Assembly: GCA_023920165.1 (NCBI GenBank)
Contig: CP089275.1
Span: forward strand, 434,001 to 498,000
Reading direction: 5' to 3'
DNA from: Curvularia clavata
Taxonomy: Eukaryota
Length of the DNA stretch: 64,000 nucleotides
Each line of letters begins with the position of its first letter. Positions within the stretch are counted from its first letter, which is position 1. Of the stretch, positions 13,101-24,185 are shown piece after piece. A model generated the notes under the pieces. That model was not told the origin of the DNA, did not search any database, and saw nothing but the letters and a program-made list of their open reading frames with translations. Made by a program: the position numbers and the translations under genes.

Positions 13101-16100
13101 TCTCGCCTTCGTCAGGCAGTGTGTAACTCCTCAGACGTGTGATGCTGGCTGTCTCTTTCACTGTCGCACAGACAAACCTTATGCTGTGTTAGCGGGAGGC
13201 TATGCACCTATGCAGTACACTTACGTGCGACACCCACGCTTCTTGCCGTCATTAAAAGCATCTGCTAAGGAAGTGTCTGTCTTAGAGATCACATTTTCGA
13301 CAGCGCTCTTCAGCTTCGCTGAGTCGAACCGCGCTTTCACTTTGCCGCTCCAACTAACAGGAAGCCAGCTAGACTTCTCCTCAAATACAGCCTTTATCAG
13401 TTCGCTATACGCTGCGATGCATGCATCCACGTCCATCTCTAGCCGGCCGAGCATAATAGCCATGAGCCTGTCACGTCAGTCTTGTCTGGTCATCATGCAG
13501 TCTTGTACCTACCCGCCTGTGCTCGTGCCACCAATAAGATCAAATACTTCACATGGCTTTACTCGAAGAAGACCGGCACTTATACGTTCGTTATTTAGTC
13601 GGGTCATCAGGTCTTTCAGGATGTACAGTGTTGATAGGCCGCGCACGCTGCCGCCATCAAGCGACAATAAGCACAGGCCATTCGTATCGAGCGGGTTGGG
13701 GTAAAGCACCCGCAGGCCCTGCAATTTTGGAACCTGGATGGTCTCAACAGGACCGAGAAGGGCAAAACAGCTGACATCTGAGGCCGTAAAGAGCAGAGTC
13801 CCGTTTAGTCCTTGTGGTAATAGTTTTTCGAAGCACAAATATAAAGCGGTCTGGTGTTGTAGGCCGTCCAGGATGATTAGCCAACGGCCCTTGAATGTCC
13901 AGGTGAGATAATGAACGAAAAGTTGAATTCTGTGCGAAATAGAGCCTGCCCACTCGGGGGGTTCGCCAAACTCTCTCATTATTGTATCATATGACCTTTC
14001 AATGTCATCTTCAGAACTTGCATTCACCCAGAATATGGAACAGGCAGAAGGGTGTTGTCGGATTCTGCTCACGAAAGTGCGGGCGATTGAAGTTTTTCCT
14101 ATTCCTTTTTGGCCGACAAGTGCTATTCTCAATTGTTGACTGGAAAACTGGACGGAGAGGAGAAGATCTTCGAGCTTATTCAATATGTCCTCTTGGCCAA
14201 TCAAGTATGATGGTGGAGATGGCACGGATATGTATTGAAGAGAATTGACTGTAGTGTGTTAGCCAAGTGGTTACTCATCTGTGAAAACTGACAAGATAGC
14301 TTTTGGTTGTTGGAGAGTCTTACTTTGGTTGAACAGGGATGGTTGTGCATTGACTGCAGCCACAGAATTCATCTGCACAACCACTTCTACCGCCACGTCC
14401 CGTATGTCCGGATGTCCCCACTCCATGTTGTTCTGAGATGTAAACTCAAGGGTGTGTAGAACTTCTGTGAGCCTACGAGACTCGGTTTGCCACAGCTCAG
14501 TTGCAGCGGCATCTGAATACAACGGCCGCTTCAATCCAGATGGTAAGGATATGCTCCCAGTAGTCACTAATAGATGCCGGGCATTGTTCATCGTGTCCTC
14601 AACTTCTTGGAACGTGACGAGGGGACACTCGCGGGCAATGGCTTTGTCGACACCAGTCATATGCGTATGTGACAATAATCCAGACCCCTCAGATATCTGG
14701 CTCTCTTGGTTGTCTGTTTCCTCTGAACCTTCGGGCAACGCTCTGAGAGCAAATTCATGTAAGTGTTGGAGTATGTGGTCGTCGATCTCCGTATCTACGG
14801 AGTCAGTGGTGAACTGGCACAGAGGACAGGCCAGGGGTCCGATCATTGGCCGTTTGTTCAATTCACCAAGCGTAGCCAATTGGCTAGACAATTTCATATC
14901 TCCATGCTTCGCTGCAATGTGCGATCTCCATTCCTCGGCAGTATCGAACTGTTGTGGACCCTCGTAGGTGGACTCATTGCGTTTGCTCGCATCGTAGGCA
15001 CAATAATCGCATGTCCAGCGTATCACAGAATGTCTCTCGAACATGTGTGCGAGCAGACTTTCGGCAGTGAGATACATTTCATCTGGCGTATCGCAGTCAT
15101 GAATTATGCAGGAATATGGGATTATATCTTGAACAACATGTGCTCTACACAACAAGCTAGTCAGCTGGGTGAATTTTGGTGGTAAAATGCGTTGCTATGG
15201 CACTTACTTCCAACTATCTTTGTGTTTGGACCCCGAATATTCTGATGGAAGAACGTCATTGCAGTATGGACATACCAACGATCCGTTTGATCTTACATCT
15301 GGGCAGCGAGGATAGGCCTGTGAAGACCCTATCCTTGTCATCTTGGTGGCTGTTGATGACACCCGTCTTGTCATTATATGCTGGACATCAAGTTTAGAGC
15401 CGACATCAGTGGCGGTGAGGGTAGTAGTGTGAGCCACTGACTGAGTGGGTTCCTTTTCCATTTGGGATTGGTGTGTAGTGGCAACACTGGGTGCAAACTG
15501 AGAAGGACCCGGGTAGGTACCGATGGCGGGTTTAACGGCGGCTTCAACAACTGCCAACCCGCCAGCATCAACAGCAGGTTCTGGCTTCACCACCAGCATT
15601 GCAGTCCTCGTTGATTTGGTGAAGAATTCGATCCGATTCATTCTAAGAATGTTGGCGCGAACCATGCGTCTTTGAATCGGAGTCAGCCTTTCATAGTCTG
15701 ATAATTTGTCCATTTTCTGAACAGCAGTGAGTTCCCTGGCCATTTTGTCTTCGAAGGCCATCAGGATAACAGTAGTAAGATGTTTGCGGAAATCTTCAAA
15801 TCTGTTCTCATCCAGTGTGGCATCTGCTTTCTCAAATCGGTATTTGTTCCCCGATTTCCGTATGGCAAGTGAAATTCTCTGCAATTGGCCCAAGATCGTT
15901 TTTGCGTACGAAATTTGCTCGGACAGAAATGGATCTGAAGTCTCGTTCCCAGAGGACGAAGCCGACGCTTTGGATTCATTTGACATGGCATCCCAGGATC
16001 CACAGCTCTGAGGGGATTCTGGATCCATATCTTCAGGATCTGGTTGGGGTTCCTCTTCAATGATCGCCAAGCCGCCATCAAGCCGCGATTTTTCTGGCCA

Positions 16101-16417
16101 TTTGTCAACCAAGCGAACATCGATGAAAGTTTGAACTTACCAGCAACCAAACTCCAGCATCTCTCCAAGGCCCCTATCAGAGCCCGAACTAGGCCGTAGA
16201 CGACATCTCGAACTTCTGTTTTCGTCCTCAGACGATAGTCTAACGACGACTTGTCGGTGCGTGTTACGTTGATGCCAGCACACCAAAGGTTGAAGTCGCC
16301 CTGGGCGGAGCGGATCCATACATGCTGCCCTAGTTCAGGATCGGCAACACACCTGGCGAAGACGTCTTTGCACTCCCTAGCGACACGATAAATCTCGAAA
16401 CTCTTAGAGTCGTCCAT
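10156..16417 (-). CDS. Chimeric NLR-like protein (~1,900 aa): N-terminal helical region, C2H2-like fingers, partial NB-ARC, patatin, NB-ARC, TPR and a small C-terminal beta-type domain
   Basis: Seven listed ORFs join in phase through canonical GT-AG introns. Exons: 16417-16141, 16093-15208, 15144-14324, 14248-13513, 13467-13225, 13177-12597, 12537-12503, 12454-12418, 12366-10406 (with an internal 54-nt intron) and 10353-10156. Motifs: CPYC..H, CPLC..H, GQKGIGKT, DGGSVRG, GTSTG, GMAGIGKS and HELAGAY repeats. Confidence 0.75.
10480..10860 (-). repeat. Near-identical 126-bp TPR-coding repeats (about 3 units)
   Basis: Repeated peptide LAETHPxRLxxQHELAxAYxANGQ with near-identical DNA. Confidence 0.85.
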
Positions 16418-16716
16418 CCAAAAATAGTAGATGTCGAGAGCAAGAAATGCTGGATCTGGTGGAGGACTGTCAGGTCCTAGGACAAAAATTGCGACGAAAA
16501 GCTGAGCGAAACTGAAAGCAAAATTTGGGTCTTCCCAAGAGATTAGGACTTGCGACAGTTGGTGCCTGAGAAATCAATTCTTTGCTGTCTCACGGCAAGA
16601 AGAGGTTGTTGCCTGACCTTTCCTAATTGGGACGCCAATTGAAGCTGCCCCGCCTTTGGCTCCAAAAGCAGTCCTTCAGCGCGCATGTACCGATCCCGAC
16701 TTCGAAACTCACAGAC

Positions 16717-19700
16717 ATGGCGCCCGTTAATCCACGCAGTGGATGCAGCGTAGCAACAACCCATACGCAAGGGCGTCGGCTCGTGCACTCCAGCCTTAGT
16801 GCCCACTATAGCCAGGAGCCACTTGCAGACAAGGACGCTCTCGTCATCTTTGCCGCCAACGCAACCCGGGCCCTCCGCCAGAGTTCTAGCTCCCTAGCCG
16901 AGCGAGATCGATCGGCCTCTTTCTTTGGTGTTCTATCCTCGTTGTTGTTGGAAGTGGAAGGGCGCTTGAAGAGTGCGGCTTCTCTGACGGAGTTGAGGAT
17001 TTCAAAGCTCCTGGCCACGCTTGAGAGACTGGCAAAGGCAAATATCCGCTCAATCTTCTGGTTCTCCACTCTGTTTCGGTCTTGCTGACGGTCCTTCTGC
17101 AGTGGCCGAAACCTTTCAAAGACCCAGCAAAGCCCTACGACCCAAATACCTATCACACCCTCGCCCGCATCCTCGACAATAACCCGCGGCTCGCCCGAAA
17201 TTGTATCAAGACTCTAGGAGAAGATCAGAAAGCAATCAATGACAGAAAGAAGTTTCAAAAGGCTTTTAAGGCATTTGCTAACGTCAAGCTCCCACCACGC
17301 GGGTCAGAGGTCTCAGAGCTTATTAACACAAGCATAGAGTCAAGGCTGAATTCTAACAACGACACCCAGTGCCTCCAAAACCTGTATCGGACCCTTTATC
17401 AGCTCTGCCGTTGCTCACTCAATGTTGAAGGGTTTAGGGCAAACATCCGGGTAGACCACTTGACGTCAGCGGAGGCAGGTAATGTCACCATCGAGTCATA
17501 TTTCCTGCATCGCCATCGCACTGGCAATAACGAAACAGAGGAATGGAGAGAAACACAGATACGCGTGCTACTTGACAGGTAAGCCACCATATGCCAGGAT
17601 ATTATGACACGCAACTCACTTGTGCTATACCGTGGTCCTTGAAAGGCTGGCACCTTGCGTTTAACCACTTTGCAAATGACTTTCTGCTGGGGGGTTTTCT
17701 GTGGGAGGTTCTTGAGAATGTTCTTCGAACTGCCCTATTGGAATACCGATAGCTGGTTACGCATGCTGGGTGCCCGTCTTTCAAGCCCGGTATTACTAGT
17801 TCCGATATTGAAGACTCAGCTGATATGAAACCCCCAAATTCCCGATCCGCACAGTCTGGCACAAAGGTCTTGGACTTTTGCAAACTCCTCCGCTCCCAAG
17901 AACTGGGTTGCTTGAGGCTTGATGCCTCCAGTGGCTGCCTGTTTGACCAGGGCATCGAACTATCACTCAGGGAAGATGGTATCTCCCTTCAGGCTCCTAG
18001 TGTATCGCTTGAAAGGGTCCTTGGCTTGAAGAGCCTACAAAATGAGATTCAACGCAAGTTACTCCTTTCTTATCTCCTTGCAAAAGCAGCCTGGCAGTTC
18101 TATGATTCAGACTGGATGGCAGAGGCCTGGTCAAAACATGAGGTGCAATTCATGCGGCAACGTCTGGGCAATTTGCAGAACAAGGCCATACTAAACTATC
18201 GACCCTTCATCTTGGTAGAATTCCAAGATGACGCACCTCGAACTCCATCGTTGCAGGGACGAAACGCCATGGGCGAGACTGTTAGGAGGACGCATATCTT
18301 TCCCAAGATTCTAGCACTGGGAATCACCCTTCTCGAGATAGAACTAGGAGAGGGCATCGAAAAGCGCTACCCGAGAGAATTTCTCGACGCGGATGGCCGG
18401 CCACGCGCGAACGCTGATCACCTGACTGCTGGTGACTTCATCTCTTCCGAAGAGTGGAAAGGCCGGAACAAGACTATGAAATTTGTGAAGCAGGCGATCG
18501 AAATATGTGTGAAGCCCGACACGGGTCTACTGGGGACAGATCCTGTACATGTACGTGAGAACTTGCACCGCTATGTCGTCACGCCACTTAGGAACCTATT
18601 CGATATGATGTACGACTGCGGTGGGTGCCCAGAGAATTTCGATCCCGGGCCGATGAATTTTGAGCCGTCCGATCTTGACAATAATGCATTCGTGCCTTGT
18701 GTGTCCATGCAAGAGAAAATTGGGACCAGTTCTCATTCGGTGCAGGTAGTTGAGCATCCACTACTTATGCCCGTTGTCACAGCTAGCTCGCACCAATTTC
18801 AGCAGCCTGAAGCAGTCATGGATGGGGACTACGAACTTCAACAATTCTGGCGAGAAAAGCATACCCTGTCATCTTTTCATTGTGGCGACAAAACAAACAC
18901 CCAAGAATACTTGGCTGATTTGCAAAAGATTGCAGGCCATATCCATCGTTGTCGACGATCAGCAAAGATCACGAAACCAATACGAGTTGCAATCCTTGAT
19001 AGTGGTTGCAAGAAAGATCTCGCTTTTTTTCAGGATCCCGAAAGATCTAAGCGGATTAAGGGCTGGAAAGACTTCACTGTCAGTCACTCAGACGTTGAGA
19101 CCGATTCGTTTGGCCATGGGACCTTCATGGCTCGACTGCTTATGCATGTGGCGCCAATAGTGGATGTGTACCTAATTCGTGTGGCCGATAATACTGATGC
19201 CTTGCAAGACAGCCAGGACAGCATTGCAAAGGTAAAGACCTATAGAAAGTTATCTGACAAACTCGCTGACATTTTAATACTAGGCGATTGAGCACGCAGG
19301 TTTAGATCCGAATTGGAATGTCGATATCATTTCTATGTCCTTTGGATATTTCGATGAGTCAGGAATGAGTTACACCATAATTGAGGAAGCTATTGAAAGG
19401 GTCAAAAAGGTTCGCAAGGACAAAATTTTGTTCCTTGCGAGCGCTGGAAATTCATGGTCGCGACGAAGAGAAGATTTCCCTGCCAGTCATAAGGACGTCA
19501 TTCCAATTTACGCTGGGGATCCCAATGGTGTTTTTCTGACGTCTAATCCCACTCACACGGGTAAAAAGCTGGGCACTTATGGCAAGGACATCCCATCGTC
19601 TATCGTCGACGAAGTGAAAAAACACTTTCGAAATGCGGATCTCAATGCAGGGACATCTATAGCTACCGCCATCGCCGCCGGCATTGTCGCAATGATGCTT

Positions 19701-19937
19701 TCTTATGCCGCAGCACTTCCATCGCTGATGAAAATCAATGGATTTGAAGAGGTTTTTGCGAAACTGTTCACGAAGAAAGGCATGGAGCATATGCTAGAGA
19801 GCATGTCATTAACCCGGAACGACAAAGAGTATTTCATCAGCCCGATATCGTACTGGGGAAATAAGAAGAAAGACATGGATCTCTTAATCTCGATATGCAG
19901 TGCAATTGAGCAGATGAACAAGCAGCCACCAGAGTGA
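16717..19937 (+). CDS. Subtilisin-like S8 protease with a long N-terminal region (HET-Q2-like gasdermin-associated protease)
   Basis: Catalytic motifs VAILDSG, FGHGT, ASAGN and AGTSIAT; kinase-C-lobe-like segment KILALGITLLEIELG. Intron 19232-19283 is in phase. The 5' exons are less certain (GC donor at 17038, acceptor near 17799). Confidence 0.85.
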
Positions 19938-19989
19938 CTGCCTCCTTAGTCGTTTTGGTATCTCATATTCAATTGCCTGGATGATGCAA

Positions 19990-20829
19990 TTATGCTTTCG
20001 GAAGGAGATAAATACAAGTTTCGTCTTCATTGATTCTGGCACTGTCGTACTCGACCTCTTCTTCCAGGTCCTCGTCGATCTCCTCCTTAGTAGCGTCCAC
20101 AACCACCAACGGGTCTTCCTTCTTTCCTCCTTCACCAGTCAAGAAGCCGCTTGCGTGCGAAAAGAGCTCCGTCTCCATCCCGGCGCGACGGGTTCGTATG
20201 ACATTAAGCTGATAAGCAAATACGATCCCTGGCGCCGTATCGTACGAATCTATTGCTGTCTTCCCACTCTCATGTTTCATCCTGCCCCCCACTTCGACCG
20301 GGATCGTTCCAGAAGGTGGACCAGACCCTTCGGCCTCGATGGAAAAATTCGATGAGTCTTCTTCCGTGACAGTGAACGATGACGTCGCGATGCGCAGCCC
20401 GGTCACTACATACACGGCACGCTTGCCAAACATGCCCGAATTAATTTGTTTTTGTACCGCTGGCAGGTTCGCGATCATGCTTGCTGTGTCGGGCGTCAGA
20501 GGATCCACGAAGGACTGGATCTCATGGTCGGTTTTGCTATAGTCTGTAATACGGCTCTTGCCAGCCTCCGTATTGGCTGACGCTGAGGCGAGCCCTTCAA
20601 ACTTGGCCCACAGCCCGACGCTATTGGAGCGCGACTTTGAGCGGTTGAAAGCCCGGTTGCGCTCCACGATAGTTTTAACCGCGGGTAACGTAACGGTACT
20701 GATGTTGCCGGAGCCCATTTCCGCGAGGACGGTTGTTGGCCGAGACCAGTGGGGGATCACCATGCCCAACCGAAGCGGACCTTCGGTTGTGAAGGTGAAA
20801 TCGGCAGGGAGAAACCAGGTTCCAGGCAT
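19990..20829 (-). CDS. Fungal gasdermin (RCD-1/HET-Q1-like), ~279 aa
   Basis: TWFLPADF..GPLRLGMVI N-terminus, VYVVTGLRIA, IVFAYQL, acidic C-terminal tail ending ETCIY. Lies convergent to an S8 protease, as in known het-Q-type pairs. Confidence 0.85.
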   Translation of the reverse strand: MPGTWFLPADFTFTTEGPLRLGMVIPHWSRPTTVLAEMGSGNISTVTLPAVKTIVERNRAFNRSKSRSNSVGLWAKFEGLASASANTEAGKSRITDYSKTDHEIQSFVDPLTPDTASMIANLPAVQKQINSGMFGKRAVYVVTGLRIATSSFTVTEEDSSNFSIEAEGSGPPSGTIPVEVGGRMKHESGKTAIDSYDTAPGIVFAYQLNVIRTRRAGMETELFSHASGFLTGEGGKKEDPLVVVDATKEEIDEDLEEEVEYDSARINEDETCIYLLPKA

Positions 20830-21119
20830 TGCGGACCTAGAATGTTGAAATTGGGATGATTCAGAAATGCTCCTGTTGTGACACTTGTGCTGGCGTACGC
20901 TGAGGTGGAGACGCTGAAACGAGCTCTTGGGATCAACCACTTAATATTAATCTTCAACTAGCCAATGATTAATTGACAAGTGGTACGCTGTTGCCTTAAG
21001 ATCGTATAAATAATGATTCCTGTCTAGCCTTGCGCCAAAATATTAGTCAGCACCGCTTACTGATAACTATCTTCTGATTTGTCTAGCCGTTATGAAACAC
21101 CGCCGCGCACAAACAGTTA

Positions 21120-22974
21120 ACGTAGTTTATAAGCGAGTCGGTCATACAAGCGAGTCGGTCACCCTACTAACTTTGCGCACCTTTACAAGCGTGTAGCTCC
21201 ACCACATATAGATAGTTTTAACAGATATTAAGATAGTAGATTAATTACTATCTAGAGTATCTTTCTTACATGTACGCGAGTTATAGCCAGTCTCTTTACA
21301 TCTACTACAGCGCGTAAGAGCCCGGCCGCTAATATCTAATCACTCTCCTCCCTAACGCTCTTCATAAGCAATCTGCTCATCAGCATCGCGTTAAGCGATA
21401 ATATCCTCGCCAGCTCTCTTTATAAGTACTCCTTACTTCTATATTCGCTTTCTTTTACGCTGTCTACGCTTTAATACTAGCTTATTAGCCTTCTAAAGAC
21501 TAGTGATCTAATCGCGTATTAGCTCAGCCGATAGTATTATTACTTACGCGCCTTTCTTAAGCTGATTAATTACTGCAATAATTAAAGCTGGCAAAGAGCT
21601 CTTATACTATCAAACGCGATTACTTATTAGCGTTAATTAAGCTTCAAGCTCGCGTACGTTGCTTAGCGTACAGGGCTGCTAGAGAGCTTCCGCAAGAGCA
21701 GCTAGAGAAGTAGGCGTACGTAGCTATACATTAAGCTTTAATAGAATAGTATCTAGCTAGAGAGAAATAAGACCTGCGCCTCAGAAAGCTGAGCAGATAT
21801 TGGCTAGCGTAAAGGATTAATTAAATGCTGCTTTAAACGCTGGTAGAAACTCGAGCTTAGTAATATGGTTGATATAGTTGCGTATCAGACTCTCTACCTC
21901 ACGGCTATACGCGCGCTTTAATAGAGAGAAGCAGCCAACGTCAAGAGGCTGGAGTAGGTAAGACGAGTGAGGCGGCATACAGAGCGTGTAGATATTGTTC
22001 TCCTTATAGAGCTCTTAGAACTTAAGTAACTGATAGCTCTTATGGCTATTAAGGATAAGTAGCCGGCGTACTCTAACAACCTTGCTATCTATATACTTAA
22101 TAAAGTACTTTAGCCACTCAACTCTAAGCTTATTAGTCGTCTAGCCGTTTTTGCTCACTACGATCGCCCAGTCGCGTGGGATTTCTACCTCCTCGTACTA
22201 GGTAGATAGGTGATACTTGCCAGTAAAGATCAGAAATAGTAGGATAGACCAGCCAGCTACGTTAATCGTAGCGATAAACGTCATCTACTCGCGACCACCT
22301 GGCTAGATAGCCTTTGGATGGCCTCTTCTCTCTAATACTATAACGACAAGCTGAGTAGTAATCTTGCCCATTAAAAAGCCAGCTTCGTTAAAGTTGTAGA
22401 CGTCCTCATCGCAGATACCATACTTAGCCTTCGTCTGCTCTACAAGCTTAAACCAGCTCTTAATTAAGACCAGATCTTTATATAGGGCTCTCTGCCTATT
22501 ATACGCTCGATTGAAACGCGTCGTAAGACTGTCTGTACGCTTAACAAAGTTGCGCGGCCAGTAAACGCCAACCTAGCTAGCGTCGCGCGCAGCCAGCAGC
22601 TTATCAGCCATATCTCGTATAGCAGCATAGGTAGGCGCAAATCTACATAGATCGAGATCGATTATATAGCTAGCAATCATTTACTTTTCTAGCTGCGATA
22701 GCTTCTTTAAATTAGACTAGCAATCGCGCCGCGCGTGCCTCCCAGCGCGTCGGTCGATTAGTATTGATTTCGGAATATTAAAGGCTATAGCAGCGCGTCG
22801 GGTACTCTAGATTTAATTACTATCTAGAGAAGAAAGGGCAAGCTGAATATCCCCTTCGTGAGAAGTTAATTTAGAAGCGTGGTGTGGAGACATTGCGCGT
22901 AAAGTTAAGGTGGGTGATCAAAGCTAGAGGGGTGACCGACTCGCTTGTATGACCGACTCGCTTATAAACTACGT
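21120..22974 (-). mobile_element. pogo/Fot1-family DNA transposon, heavily RIP-mutated
   Basis: TIRs ACGTAGTTTATAAGCGAGTCGGTCATACAAGCGAGTCGGTCACC; TA target duplication at 21118-19 and 22975-76. The transposase relic (21241-22893) is homologous to 24284-25936 and has many TpA-derived stops. Confidence 0.93.
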
Positions 22975-23544
22975 TATCGATTGCATAGGATAATTCAGAC
23001 TAAAATTGCAATGACTATAGTGATTTTTTGAAGTTAAACAGTACAACAGGGTAGGAGGCGGATAGTTTTTTCGATGTGGGAGCTAACCGTATTGCTGGGT
23101 GTGGCATTACACATACCCTGCATTGCTGTTAGATTGCGAACCCTGTCACGTGATAAAACATCACGTGACTGATAAATCGACCTGCCATCCCTTTGTAACA
23201 TATAAACAAATGCTACTATACAGTTAAATAGGTAGTAAGAGTATTATATTCTTGCTAAATTTCATAATCGTGCTGCGATTCCTACCTTGGTTCGGTGGGA
23301 CAGGACTTGGCAGAATTAAGGACGGGTGGAGTCATCGTACTTGCCAAAGGACATGAAGTTCAAATACTATCACCGGGTAAGGATGCGCGCTATAGATGTA
23401 GAAAAGTGTCCAGGCCATTCTTAGATATAATATGCTAGTACGCTTGCTGATGGGGTGCAAGCCGAGCGACTCGATCAAGCAACAGATTAACTGTTGTGTA
23501 GAAGCCTGTGTGTGGAAAGGTGCAAAAACAACAAAAAAGAAAAT

Positions 23545-23630
23545 CTCTCCAGCGGGGAATTGAACCCCGGTCTCCCGCGATCTGTCAATTGCTTGACAAG
23601 CGGAAATACTGACCACTATACTACTGAAGA
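23545..23630 (-). tRNA. tRNA-Asp(GTC) with a 14-nt intron (T1, intact)
   Basis: TCTTCAG/CTGGAGA acceptor stem, AGTGGTC D-loop, TCCGC-TT-GTC-A[intron 23593-23580]C-GCGGG anticodon arm, CGGGG-TTCAATT-CCCCG T-arm and an oligo-T terminator. Confidence 0.95.
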
Positions 23631-24185
23631 TTGTTGTAACTTTTACACTACTGTAATGTTCGATGGGAATTAGCAAATTAATTGACAATATAATCAATTG
23701 TTTTGCAACTTGATGATAGACATATCCCTTCCCCACCATCACCGTCCAATCAGGAAACTCGTTGCGAATTGCAGATCTTAGCCAAAGACATTCAAAACTG
23801 CATCAGTATTTATAATGCGTAATCGTCATGTAGGGTTCGTTGAGTGTTGAAGGCCGCGTGTCATCAACCGGCCGGCTGTGAACGCATCACTTTGTTTCTC
23901 GTGTGCTAGGATGAAGACCGTGCACCGCCAAGCTCCTCGCTTCCCGCCCGTTGCATGAATGAAGCGGCAGAGTCAGACCCTGAAGCGCGTGTTATAACGT
24001 AGCTTGGCATCGCAGTGATTGGCTATCGAAACTTGATAGTTGTATTCCAGAGAAGTGCACGCGATCTGTAAAACTCGCTTCAAGCTACAGCGTCTTATAG
24101 GAGTTCTGACAGCCACATTTTAGCCTTTTCTACCTGAGGCCAGACTACAGTAACTAAAAAGCAGGAATGTCAACGGATGTTAGTA

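Larger units (their letters stand above)
8748..23630 (-). mobile_element. Putative tRNA-Asp-integrated island (~14.9 kb) carrying NLR, protease and gasdermin
   Basis: Bounded by direct repeats: intact tRNA T1 and arm + 3' tRNA fragment R1. No integrase inside; mobility is inferred. Confidence 0.45.

Noticed and set aside
23125..23270. Possible seventh, very decayed arm-tRNA copy (gaaccc, tgtaac and tgctaaatttc at nearly the same spacing as R1)
   Set aside because: The intervening sequence barely aligns and there is no acceptor end or terminator. It also contains an unrelated GTCACGTGAT palindrome. It would need an nhmmer score to accept.
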